NCBI RefSeq assembly: GCF_006345805.1 | Contig: NC_042999.1 | Location: forward strand, 134,230,001-134,294,000 | Length of the DNA stretch: 64,000 nucleotides | Reading direction: 5' to 3' | DNA from: Octopus sinensis | Taxonomy: Eukaryota | In this document: positions 39,901 through 52,844 of the stretch, one piece after another | Layout of the letters: each line of letters starts with the position of its first letter | Numbering within the stretch: the stretch's first letter is position 1 | The notes under the pieces: model-generated | What the model was told of the DNA's origin: nothing | What the model saw: the letters and a program-made list of their open reading frames with translations, nothing else | The model's database searches: none | Position numbers and translations under genes: made by a program

Positions 39901-42262
39901 AGATGCGATAAGGTATGATTGCTGGAGCACTTCTCATGAAAATTTTAAACAAAATTATATTCTCAAATCTAAAATTCAAAAGCAATATAGAAAACTGACT
40001 TATTTTGTTTTATTTTCATACTTGTCTACTACAAAATTATAAATAATATGCTTTCCGTGATGCCCCAGCATAAGTATGAAATATGTAAAGCCTTAAATTA
40101 TGTATTTTTAAAAATTCACAGTGCTCACTTTGACAAGCACTGTTTTATTAGTTTATTTATTCAATAATATATTAATTTATTTATAACGAATTAAAAATAT
40201 AATTCCTTTCTATTATCAAGATGTTACAGATGGACATAGCAGGACTAACATACAGATTGTAAGTACAAAATCATTGATTGAAATAAGCATGGGGTTTATA
40301 ATGTAGGTGAGACACTCATATTTTAAGATAAATGAGAGGCACTTATATGTTACTGTGCTGGTTTATTAATCTTTCGTTTCCTTTTTTGTCTACGCTTTGT
40401 TCCGATCGCCTCTCCTACGATATAAATATATTTCTAGGGCATTGCGACCAAACGGAGAAAAATATTTTGAACTTTACGCAGGACAAAAATATATTTTGAA
40501 TGAGAACCCAACCTAGGGGCATGTATATATGACAGAATATTTTAACTTTAACATGCTGGAGGACAAACCACTGTAAATGATACGTGGAACAAAGAAATGT
40601 AAATGATACATTTAATAGTTTAGAAATTTGAAATTACTACTGCAATAACTCATCTAAGAACTTCACATGTATAAAATTAATGGATGACATATTCTCGTAC
40701 GGCATGAAATCATTAGAAAGTATTGTTCCTCAAAGCAGACAGGTCTTGGTAAAATAGAATGATTTCAACAACGGTGGCTGTCCAACAGTTCAGCACTTCT
40801 TTTGCAGTTACGTTTATTTATGACAATTGAATCACGAATTAGTTTTTAACGACATTTTCGAGATGTAGAGGAAAGAAGCGTATGGAGTGTTATCGTTTAG
40901 ATGCATCAGGCTGTCAGATGGTGAAAACCAATACGAATAGAATGAGTTATTAGATGAGAGACGTGGACAAAATGTTGTCTAATGGTGCAGTTAGGTCTGC
41001 ATTAGTGCTTATTTTTATTTTATTTATTGCTTAGAGCATCCGAGATTGGTGTCAGGAGGGAAAAACGTATACTCAAAGCAGAAATCTAGTTTGAACGCTT
41101 GCGACGGAGTGGACACTACTAAAGCCACTCAAAGACCAGGCATTTGTATCAAACCAGGCGACGGATTAAACCCAAATAGGCGAAGACAAAATTTGATCTC
41201 AGAACGTAAAGGACCAGAACAGATATCACAAGACTTCCAGTCCGACACCATAATAATTCCACAAGTCCACCATATTAAACTTTTGCCTTATTTGTTGACC
41301 TCGAAAGGATGAAAGGCGAAGTTCATCGGGGCAGCATTTGTAGTATGAGAGCAGAGAGATAGAATGAATACGACAAGTCGTGAATGGTTTGAGCTCAGTG
41401 TAATCTCTATTTATGAATATTTGGATACTGAAGCAAGTTGATGACATCGATAAATCTGAACTGATTGAAAACAACGGAGTATTAAAGGATGGATTAAGGA
41501 AACAGATTAAGTAGCGGGTTGTATTACGTCTAAAAGGTGGCAGGTATGCAGAACTGAATGTGGGTACTATCATAATTATTTAGGATGCGACGTTTAGAAA
41601 CACCATAACTAGATTCGCTAAAGTATATTATAAACACAGAGACGAATATTTGTGTTATTGTACAGGAAAGTATAAGTATCAAATAGCTGAATGATAACAG
41701 AAATTCGTGAGTAAAACTAACATTTATGTCTATGGATTTTCTACTTATAACAAAATAGTAAAATACTAGGTATGTTGCTTTTTTCGTTTGCCTGAGTGCG
41801 CAGTCTTCTACTAGTAGTATACTGGATTTATACCACCCACTACATCTTGGATACCATTAGTTTGAGTGCTCTACCTGATTTACCGCCCTGTTTAATATTG
41901 TAAGCTGGTCCTTCAAAGTTTTGATTCAGGTGGTAGACATAGCACAATCTGATGTTATAAGAAAAGACATTTACTCAAGATTCCATTTAATGGGGTCGAA
42001 TCTGAGACCTAATGTGTGTGTGTGTGTGCACAGTTATCAGAATAATCCTCTCAATCTCGGTAACGAAGGTGGTAACTGCAACAACAAAGACAAAGAGATG
42101 TGCTTTTTGAATAAATTATGCAAAGATGAATCATTGATTTACTATTTACAGTGCCCGTTCTCAGCGACAAACAACCTTTCGCATCATAAAACCGAAAGTG
42201 TGAGACTAGCTTCAGGAGCCGGTACTTAAACCCTATGTATATCTATGTATGAAAGGAAAGAA

Positions 42263-42478
42263 ATATTGGTTTCAAATTTTGACACAAGGCCATCAATTTT
42301 GGGGTAGGGGATGAGTCGATTACACCGACCACAATGTTCAAATGGTACTTATTTTATGAACCCCTGAAGGACGAAAAGCAAAGTCGACCTCCGCGGAATT
42401 TGAACACAGAACGTAAAGACGAACCAAATGCTGCTAAGCATTTTGTCCGGTTGCTGACGATTCTGCCAGCTTACCGCC
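42263..42478 (-). mobile_element. SINE family B, tail type 1
   Basis: Same head/body; head-to-head with next copy. Confidence 0.85.
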
Positions 42479-42539
42479 AGAAATAAAGGTAATGTTAACA
42501 AGAAACTTATGGCATCAGTAATATTAATATTACTCATAA

Positions 42540-42742
42540 CGCGGCGAGCTGGTAGAATCGTTAGCACGCTGAGTGGCATTTTGCCCGTCTTCACGTTCTG
42601 AGTTCAAATTCTGCCGAGGTCGACTTTACTCTTCATCCTTTCGGGGTCGATATAATAAGCACCAGTTGAGTTCTGGAGTCGATTCAACTGAATTACCCTT
42701 CCCCGAAATTGCTGGTCTTGTGCCAAAACTTGAAACCAATAT
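42540..42742 (+). mobile_element. SINE family B, tail type 1
   Basis: GCGGCGAGCTGGTAGAATCG..GAGTTCAAATTC..GAGGTCGACTTT..CTTGAAACCAATAT. Confidence 0.85.
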
Positions 42743-43241
42743 TGATATCATGAAATCTATTGGACATTTATGTAACAAGCATATTCCCACTACTCAAATT
42801 TGTAATGATTAAAAAAAACTTCACCCTCACCAAATCGCTGATATGCAAAATGACTCGATGACTACAAATGAATGTTTTTGATCATAGGTCTTCAGAGGTA
42901 CGTCAGCTACAACACAATACTATCTCTGCCTACCAAATCCAGTCTATGAAGATTTGCAATGGCTTTCAATAGTATCCCTCTTCCTCGATCTGACTATCTT
43001 ACAGAAAGAAATAAGCTATCGCATATTCCACTCACAAACACAAAGATTTTCTTCGTTACTTATCATCTTGAAATCTTCCGTCTTGCTACCTCAAAACTAC
43101 AGCTGTCACTTGCAATATAGGACGACTTCGTATGTATGATGTTCTCGCTAATGGTTTTTACGTGCCCAAGTAGAAGCGAGCAGACGTGGACATCTTCTTG
43201 GTTTTCCTACCTTTCACCTACCAGAACATACAAAACGACTG

Positions 43242-43316
<75 letters not shown>

Positions 43317-43318
<2 letters not shown>

Positions 43319-43520
43319 GTAGCCATTACACACATTTTTTCTCTTCTTGTTTCTCTCTTTGTTTCTTTCTGTGTTCCTTGCTGTGTTCCTTTCTGTGGAA
43401 GAGCGTAGGCTCGAATGGTTAAAGACTTTTTTCAATTCCGAGCGTTATACTAATACATCTGTTTGTTTTCTACACCACCTGTCTTCGTCTTTTGGTTTGT
43501 TTTTTTTCGTGAATTCTCCG

Positions 43521-43570
<50 letters not shown>

Positions 43571-43794
43571 CTATATATATATATATATATCTGTAGCCAT
43601 TACACACATTTTTTCTCTTCTTGTTTCTCTCTTTGTTTCTTCTGTGTTCCTTGCTGTGTTCCTTTCTGTGGAAGAGCGTAGGCTCGAATGGTTAAAGACT
43701 TTTTTCAATTCCGAGCGTTATACTAATACATCTGTTTGTTTTCTACACCACCTGTCTTCGTCTTTTGGTTTGTTTTTTTTCGTGAATTCTCCGT
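43317..43794 (+). mobile_element. Two tandem near-identical 204-bp elements separated and flanked by (TA)n, each with a degenerate hammerhead
   Basis: 43317-43521 vs 43591-43794. Motif CTTT-CTGTGGA-A-GAGC-GTAG-GCTC-GAAT-GG-TT-AAAG at 43389-43424 and 43662-43697. Confidence 0.7.
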
Positions 43795-43798
43795 ATAT

Positions 43799-43857
<59 letters not shown>

Positions 43858-45149
43858 TATCGACCTCAAAATGTTGAGGGGCAAAGTAGACCACAGTGGG
43901 ATCTGAACTTAAAACGTAGAGAGCTGGAACAGATATTGTCACGCGTACTAGTCCGGTTCCCTAACAATTCGGTCATTCTATCGCCTAATCACACCTTGTC
44001 TTATTTAACACTTATTCAATAGGTAAAATTAATCTAACACGTTGTCAGAGTTCCTGATAATCTAGTTTCCCCGCTTCCACTTTATTTCCTTAAAAAGTGA
44101 TTAAATGATTAAATCTCATGTTTTTCCATGTATTCATGAGTTACCTGTCAATATGCACGTTAGTTTATATGTGAGTGATGTATGTGTACTTATGCGTGTG
44201 TGCGTGTTTGTACTTGTGTGTGTGTTTGTAAATGTATCAGTGTGTGTTTGTAAATGTATCAGTGTGTATGTTCTTGTGTGTGTGTGCGCGCTAACGCTAG
44301 AAGTTTTATGTAAATTTAGTTATTTAAAAAAAAGCCACAAACGCGCAGACATGTTTACTTTGGTCCTTTGTGAGTCGATATCCGTGTGTATGAAGTGTGA
44401 TGACACAAAGGCTGATAAAACGAACAAGGCAAGCAAAGAAAAAGAGAGTATGATAAAGACAAATTGTTAAAAGGCGAAGAGAAAATATATTTACATGACA
44501 GTGTTTAAGATTGTTTGAAGTTTGACTCAGTTGACAAGCTGTCACTCACTCTGCCAAAGCGCTCGCTTCACAAAGAGCAAACAATGAAATAGAACTTGAC
44601 CATATGCTACTGAGCAATCTGACAAGCTAAGTCGCAACGAATGTAGCTCACCTGCAAGGTACACCGATTTGTTTAAAAACACTGACAACAATACAGCACC
44701 GTAGCTTCTGTTCATTACATAGCCTATCTGTGGACTCCATTCCTCTCGGCTTGTCTACATTTTACTTGTATGACACACTCACTCGATGTATTTACTGCTG
44801 TATCTTAGACATGACACCATACGGGACAAAAAGCGAATCAACGAAGACGCATATATATTTAGGTCCGACCGTCTTAGAAATAGCAGCTAAATTCCCTTTA
44901 TATAATAACTTATTGTCTTAAAAAGCAGAATAACATATTAGATAATATAATCCTAGATGCACGTATACATAAAAAAGCAAGATGGTATGGTCGCGATCAG
45001 AATACATCTATTTATAGATCTATTCAGTCAAGGCTGATTTTAGCTCTATATCTTGGGTACGTACACAGCTCTGACCGAATAAGGACGTTACATATTTTTC
45101 TTCCATAATCAGAACCAACAAGATCTGAATTTTATTGATGCAACTTGTT

Positions 45150-45469
45150 AAAACTAATAGTGGAGAACGAAATGATATCCCCTCGGTAACTAACGTGCAA
45201 CAGCAAACACTGAGAGTTACTCTTTTACTCTTTAACTTGTTTCAGTCATTTGACTGCTACCGTGCTAGAGCACCGCCTTTAGTCGAGCATATCGACCCCA
45301 GGACTTATTCTTTCTAAGCCTAATACTTATTCTATCGGTCTCTTTTGCCGAAGCGCTAAGTTACGGGGACGTAAACATACCAGCATCGGTTGTCAAGCGA
45401 TGTTGTGGGGACAAACACAGGCACACAAACATATACACACATACATACATACGTATATACATACATACA

Positions 45470-45502
<33 letters not shown>

Positions 45503-46340
45503 GTATATATATATATATATGACGGGCTTCTTTCAGTTTCCGTCTACCAAATCCACTCACAAGGCTTTGGTCGGCCCGAGGCTATAGTAGAAGACACTTG
45601 CCCAAGGTGCTACGCAGTGGGACTGAACCTGGAACCATGTGGTTGGTAAGCAAGCTACTTACCACACAACCACTCCTGCGCCACTGTTTATGATCTGATT
45701 ATCACATATTACGATAAACGGTTTTGAACTTAGTATTCGTCCTTACGTTGTTTACTGAACACACTGTTTAGTTCTGTTGATTTTTTTCTTCTTGCAAGAC
45801 TTTATTCTGTGAAGGAAGGAGTATATCGATTTACATTCTGGAACAACTACTTTTATCTGAGTAACGATTCCAGCAACGCCATCAGTAAACTTGAAATCAC
45901 GTTCGTTAAGGATGTAGTCGTGTAGTCGTACATAGTCTTAAACATCTTAGAATTGGCTGTTTTGTAAGTAGTAAATTTGTTGAGAGCTTCAGTGACATCT
46001 GGTTCATTCTCTTTGTTGCCTACTTGGTCGAACACTTCCACGCAGACATCCTTAACATAAACTTACACTAGCTTCTCGAAATGCAGCTTTCCAAGAAGCC
46101 TACAAAACGCAGCTATTTTGGTGTGGAACTTCAAAGAGCTATCTCGGCAACCTTTTAAATCAATACATTTTCTTTCAAAGAAGTATTTCTACTTTGAACA
46201 TATTCCTTTATGTTTTGAAGTTAAATTTTGTTTGAGATTTGACAAGTTCATTGAGCCATTGCCAAAAACCAAACACTGTGATTCGAGCAGTACCTCGATA
46301 TTTGTGGCAACAAAACCTAATTGAATGGAGAAGGAGCCAT
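45150..46340 (-). pseudogene. Decayed hAT (Buster/Charlie, ZBED5/SCAND3-like) transposase
   Basis: Ordered minus-strand blocks with frameshifts/stops: IQLGFVATNIEVLLESQCLVFG..MNLSNLKQNLTSKHKGICSK*KYFFERK (BED finger), ASWKAAFREA, YVKDVCVEVF, GIVTQIKVVVPECKSIYSFLHR, ELNSVFS, DHKQCLLLH. Confidence 0.75.
45213..45681 (-). mobile_element. SINE family A, full length, inserted in the hAT fossil
   Basis: 5-bp direct repeat CACTG (45208-45212 / 45682-45686). Removal restores the DHKQCLLLH codons. Confidence 0.9.
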
Positions 46341-47170
46341 ATTTCCAAATAATCCTTCGGATATTTTTACAGTGCCGTCATATGATTTACAGTTATTTGT
46401 ATGTTCAACAACCACATATCCCAATTTCATAAAAATGTTCGTTGGACCTTGCTGAGGAATCAGCAAATAAGGGATAAAAAACAATAAATGCATAGACTGA
46501 GGAGTGGATGTGGTGAATAGTGATTTATAAAGTAATGTTTGGGTTAAAGAGATACTATAAATAAAATTACATACAAGAAATTTTGAATTAATAATGGTAC
46601 TTACGTTCTCAGACAAAGTTGGAGCGGGGACATCAAAGCACAAACGTGCAGATATTTTGGTGATGCTTATATAATTTTCATAATGGCAACACTGGATAAT
46701 TTTAATTATTAATTCTAAGACTAGGTAGAAGCAAGATTTTTTTGCGATAACTACATCACTTCAGCGTTCATAAACCGCATTTTCGACAATGAATCAAGTA
46801 TCATCAGGTGATATGTACCCCCCAGCACACACACACACACACACACACATACATACATACATACATATACATACATACATACTACATACATACATACATA
46901 CATACTACATACATACATACATACATACATACATACATACACACACTATATACACACACGTATAAATAGATCATTTATAGAAATGGAATGGACGATATTC
47001 CTTATTTAAAATCACTTCAAATTGTTTCGACACATTTATACCTATAGTATAAGATATTCTGGGTGTATGTGAGATATTTTGTATATATGTATGTATGTAT
47101 GTTGTATGTATGTATGTATGTATGTATGTATGTATGTATGTATATATATATATATTATATATATATATAT

Positions 47171-47210
<40 letters not shown>

Positions 47211-47227
47211 ATATGTATGTATATATG

Positions 47228-47279
<52 letters not shown>

Positions 47280-47300
47280 TATATATATATTATATATATA

Positions 47301-47364
<64 letters not shown>

Positions 47365-47380
47365 AAGTCGCATGGCTCAA

Positions 47381-47726
47381 TGTGAAGGCGCATGGCTCAG
47401 TGGTTAGAGCGTCGAGCTTACGACCGTGAGGTTGTGAGCTCGACTCCGGACCGGGCTGCGTGTTGTGTTCTTGAGCAAGGCACTTTATTTCACGTTGCTC
47501 CAGTTCACTCAGCTGTAGAAATGAGTTGCGACGTCACTGGTGCCAAGCTGTATCGACCTTTGTCTTTCCTTTGGATAACACTGGTGGCGTGGAGTGGGGA
47601 GGCTGGTATGCATGGGCGACTGCTGGTCTTCCATAAACAACCTTGCCCGGACTTGTGTCTAGGAGGGTAACTTTCTAGGTGCAATCCCATGGTCATTCAT
47701 GACCGAAGGGGGTCTTTACCTTTTTA

Positions 47727-47728
<2 letters not shown>
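47381..47728 (+). mobile_element. SINE family D (tRNA head)
   Basis: A box TGGCTCAGTGG, B box-like AGCTCGACTCC, body CTTGAGCAAGGCAC..TTGCTCCAGTTCACTCAGCTG, tail TTTACC repeats. First 20 nt duplicated at 47361-47380. Confidence 0.75.
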
Positions 47729-47785
<57 letters not shown>

Positions 47786-47789
47786 TATA

Positions 47790-48260
47790 CATATAATTAA
47801 TAAATGAAATAAAACATATGCATATATATAAACATATATGTACGTACCTACCTCTACATGTACATATACACGCATATATGAGTACAGGACACCAAAGGGA
47901 CGTCGAACACAAAGAGAAACGAAAACATAGACACAAACCAAAGGAATTGGACATTTTTTTAAAAACAACAAAAAATGGTAAAAAAACAGGACAGTAACGA
48001 CAGTACAAAAATATAAACAGTAAAAGACAGGACAGGGAAAAACAAGATAAGAAGGGCTGTTGACGCCGAACGAAAAAAGTATTGCAAACGCAGAATTTTT
48101 TGTGAACGACAGGGGAGCAGGAAGAATGTCGTCCAGTTACCTTGAAAGGCCAGGCCAGAAAGACAGTATCGGAAGTATCGTCGCGGGCGGACGACGGGAA
48201 GGAGGAGGAGGAGCAAGAGGAAGGGAGAGAAGAAGGGGAATGGCTGCGAGGAAACCATGA
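47790..48260 (-). repeat. (TA)n-adjacent repeat related to 17577-17960
   Basis: Shared 170-bp terminal block plus TTTTGTACTGTCGTTACTGTCCTGTTTTT. Confidence 0.7.
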
Positions 48261-48276
48261 AGAATGATGAGGGGGA

Positions 48277-48503
48277 GGAACTGTAAAAATCTGTAAAACT
48301 TTCCAGAAGTTTATCATTTAAGTATATATGACCATGTCTAGATATACAGGTATATTACATGAGGTATATTACATAAAACAAAACATGGAAATCTACTCGT
48401 ATTCATAAATACATCAAAAATACCCTGTTGATGTTGAAATTCCTTCATTGAAAACGGTTCTTTCTCTATTGGCAAGAAATCTTGAAATAAAACTGAATAA
48501 TGA
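48277..48503 (+). mobile_element. R4/Dong-like 3' end, copy 3
   Basis: GTVKICKTFQKFII*, then 3' UTR ATTGGCAAGAAATCTTGAAATAAAACTGAA identical to copy 2, then (TACA)n. Confidence 0.65.
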
Positions 48504-48646
48504 TATACATACATACGTACATACATACATAAATACATCCATCCATCCATCCATACTTATACATCGTTGAAACACGTTTGCGATTATCCATTTTTGATTT
48601 GATTATTTTTCCTGTGTGTAAGTATGTATGTATATATTATATATAT

Positions 48647-48732
<86 letters not shown>

Positions 48733-48748
48733 CATACATACACATACA

Positions 48749-48782
<34 letters not shown>

Positions 48783-49179
48783 CATACATAATACATACAT
48801 ACATACATATATACATACATACATACATACATACAAACATACATATAGTTTTCTTGTACTTGTACACGTATATACATTGACTTGTCGCTGAATGCTAGTA
48901 ATCATGGTCTAATATTGCAGTTTGAGTGCTAATTTTATGTTATCTTCTTCTGAATGGAATTGACGTAAGTTTTATATCACTTTCGGTTTTATTAGCCAAA
49001 TGCTAATGCAGATGACATTCATTTTTTCATAGACATAATCTACTTTAAGAGAAGGTATATAATTCTTTCTTTTCATGAGCTAATCTAGTGAAAATGGCGT
49101 CATTGAGAATTCCATTTCCCTTCTTTCAATTAATTAATATATTTACTTCATTTTTGTTTTCATTTTATGCCTGACTCTA

Positions 49180-49228
<49 letters not shown>

Positions 49229-49265
49229 TATTATTATTATTATTATTATTATCATTGTTATTATT
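49180..49265. repeat. (ATT)n microsatellite
   Basis: Directly visible. Confidence 0.95.
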
Positions 49266-49593
49266 CATCTTAAATTTTCTATTTATCCTGATATCTATTT
49301 TTGTCAATCTGTCAAAATGCTTTTGTATATTTTAGTCTTATAGGATTTAATAGTTTCTGAATTTTTTGAAAATGTTTTTCAATCAATTCGTTATGTAAAG
49401 TGAAATGCTGCACAGATAGCCTTGAACAATCAGACAGATAAAACTAGTAGTGGCAACTCGTAAAGTTTACAGCTTCAAAATTAGAACACATTCTCCATTT
49501 TTTATCTACGTTGTAATCACTAGAATTTGTCACATTATATATAATATATAATATATATATATATATATATATACAAAGAGAGAGAGGTGGGGG

Positions 49594-49599
49594 AGATAG

Positions 49600-49680
<81 letters not shown>

Positions 49681-49735
49681 CAGACAAACAAACAGGCAGG
49701 CAGATAGACAGACAGACAGACATACATACATACAT

Positions 49736-49832
<97 letters not shown>

Positions 49833-49857
49833 CAAACAGGCAGGCAGACAGACAGAC

Positions 49858-49920
<63 letters not shown>

Positions 49921-50025
49921 AAGACTGACAGACAGGCAGATAGACAGACAGATAGATAGACAAACAGACATACAAACTAACTGACAGACTTACAGACAGG
50001 CTGATAGTCAGACAGACAAATAGAC

Positions 50026-50096
<71 letters not shown>

Positions 50097-50100
50097 CAGG

Positions 50101-50143
<43 letters not shown>

Positions 50144-50150
50144 ATAGATA
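49594..50150. repeat. Compound (GATA)n/(GACA)n satellite, continuing at 51458-51707
   Basis: Directly visible. Confidence 0.95.
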
Positions 50151-50151
50151 A

Positions 50152-51456
50152 CTTTCTTTATTGGCCACACAGGGCTGCACACAGATGGGACAAGTTACAA
50201 GGTAGAGCTTTTCTTTTGGGAGATGAAAAAAAAAACAAAAGAAACAAAAAATAAAGGTGGCGTAGGTTTTCGATCAAAAGGGGTCGTAAAAGGGAAAAAG
50301 AACAAAAAAAATAAAAAATAGAATAAAATAAAAAAAAGAAGAAAAGGAAAAGGAACAAAAGAAAAGAGAAATGAAAAAGGAGATAAAAGGGGGAAAAAGG
50401 GGAAGAGGAAAAAAAACGATCAATAGGGATCGTGTATCACAGTGTTATGATATATGGTGTAAAGGGGAAAGCAAGTAAGGTTTATCCGTGGGAAGAAAAG
50501 CCTACGAAAAAGACCACGGTAACCTTGGTCAATATTGTTATATGTTACCACATTTGTTTGCAAGTGGGTAACCCTCTCTTTTCAATTTCTGGGTTGATAG
50601 GATTATGCTCAAGGTGGCTTCGTCATTCATACGTGCCATCCTTGCTACATTCACCCATCTTTTTTTTAAACTAGACAAAACTTGCCTCTCTACTCTCACT
50701 TTCCTTTTCAAGTGGTACTTGAAGAAGTTGATGAGAGATTGACCAGAGAGGAAAGTGTTTGTCTCCAATCCTTTCAGACGCGTCCACCAGATACATTCTT
50801 TCGCCATAGGCACAAGGATGATGAAAATAGCTCTTCCTTCTCGTTTGAAGGAAGGAGGCGTGACAATATTGACGATAGACTCAGCTGATAAACCGACTCG
50901 TCTCACACGTGACAGCAGTTGTTCGACATAAGCCCACAGGACGGAAATTGTTGGACACTGCACGAGTGCGTGCAGAACGGTTTCGTCGCTCTGACCGCAT
51001 CTCGGGCAGGTCGGCCCCGTGTTTCTCGAGCCGTGTCTGTAGAGCTTATCCCGAACGGGTAACGCTTCTCGGTAGCACTGCCAGGCCAGGGATCTCTGGA
51101 AGTTGTCCATGGGCCCTGGCCCGAAAGTCGTCCCGAACAGGCGGGTCAGGTAATCCTCGTCGACGTCCAGGTTCGCCCCGAGCTCGTCGTCGTACCTTCC
51201 CTCCACTAATCCCCTATAGAATGCTTTGGTTGTGATGAAGTTACTCAAGGTCGACCCAGGACGGCAGAGCTGCTTGAGAGGAACGCGACACTCGCGGTGC
51301 CATTCGCCCTTCTTCGGCCTCTTTTTGATCCACGACTGCAGTTCGGTCATGGAGACGAGCTGCGGGAAAGCGTGCCTCACAAACGGCGACCACACCTGTT
51401 CACCGTCGTCTACGAAGAGCCTGAGATGTCGCAGTCTCAGCGCGTGTCTGCGCATC

Positions 51457-51458
<2 letters not shown>
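50152..51458 (-). mobile_element. Tx1/L1-type non-LTR retrotransposon, 5'-truncated (ORF2 C-terminus with zf-RVT, plus 3' UTR)
   Basis: Open frame 50538-51458 includes W...REALPVRDKLYRHG....PTCPRCGQSDETVLHALVQCP (CCHC zf-RVT) and AKECIWWTR. 3' UTR T-rich, ending AATAAAGAAA. Confidence 0.85.
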
Positions 51459-51521
<63 letters not shown>

Positions 51522-51621
51522 CAGACTGACAGACAGGCATATAGACAGACAGATAGATAGACAGACATACATACAAACTAACTGACAGACTTACAGGCAG
51601 GCAGATAGTCAGAAAGACAAC

Positions 51622-51701
<80 letters not shown>

Positions 51702-52017
51702 CAGACAGAGCAATATAAACATGCATACAAGCCAGCATACATATGATCCACACGACACAAAGTAATAGAGACTCACAAGTCCAGTCTGGTACTTTTTATT
51801 AGGACTCTATAGCTATCTAAATGCTTGTGGATTGATCTGATAAAAATTGTTAGCCTAAATTGATTCCCTATGGGCCGATCTGTATAGTAAATTATTTCCA
51901 TAGATGCTTAGGTTCCAGAAATCCGTGTTGGTTTTTTGTATGCTATAATCCTGTATTAAAGATGTTATTATTCAATCTAGTTTGCATTTTTTAATTATAC
52001 ATACATATATATATATG

Positions 52018-52838
52018 TTTCTTTATTAGCCACACAGGGCGGCACACAGATAGAACAAATTACAAGGTAGAGCTTTTCTTTTGAAGGTTTAAAAAAAAAA
52101 AAAAAAGAGGAAGGGGGAGTTTCGATCAAAAGGGATCGTAAAAGGAGAGAAAGAGGACAAAAAAAGGGGGGTTAAAAAAAAGGGGGAGAGGAAAAAAAAA
52201 ATTGATCAATAGGGATCGTTATCACAGAAATGTCAATATGAAGTGTAAAGGGGAGGACAGGTGAGGTTTACCCGTGGAAAGAAAAGCCTACGGAAAAGAC
52301 CACGGTAACCTCGGTCAATGGAGTCACATGTTATATTTCTTTTTTTTTTTTTTTTTTGCAAATAAGCAACTCTCTGTTTTCAATTTCTGGGTTCATAGGA
52401 TCATGCTCAAGGTGGCTTCGTCATTCATACGTGCCATTCTTGCTACATTCACCCATCTTTTTTTAAAAACATTCGCTAGACAAAACTTGCCTCTCTACTC
52501 TCACTTTCCTTTTTAAGTGGTACTTGAAGAAGTTGATGAGAGATTGACCAGAGAGGAAAGTGTTTGTCTCCAATCCTTTCAGACGCGTCCACCAGATACA
52601 TTCTTTCGCCATAGCCACAAGGATGATGAAAATAGCTCTTCCTTCCCGTTTGAAGGAGGGAGGCGTGACAATATTGACGATAGACTCAGCTGATAAACCG
52701 ACTCGTCCCACACGTGACAGCAGTTGTTCGACACAAGCCCACAGGTCGGAAATTGTTGGACACTGCACGAGTGCGTGCAGAACGGTTTCGTCGCTCTGAC
52801 CGCATCTCGGGCAGGTCGGCCCCGTGTTTCTCGAGCCG
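52018..52838 (-). mobile_element. Tx1/L1-type LINE, second more truncated copy
   Basis: High identity to 50152-51034. Frameshift near the C-terminus (SECF*). 3' end abuts (TA)n. Confidence 0.85.
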
Positions 52839-52844
52839 TATGAT

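Noticed and set aside
40640-40900. Faint similarity to a DDE (Merlin-like) transposase on minus strand
   Set aside because: Too degenerate to support without a search.
43317-43794. Direct repeats as a CRISPR-like array
   Set aside because: Only two 204-bp units with a microsatellite spacer in eukaryotic DNA; no cas genes.
51459-51572. N-terminal 38 aa of the 344-aa ORF
   Set aside because: Read-through into the (TATC)n satellite; the LINE is 5'-truncated at about 51458, so this is not a complete CDS.
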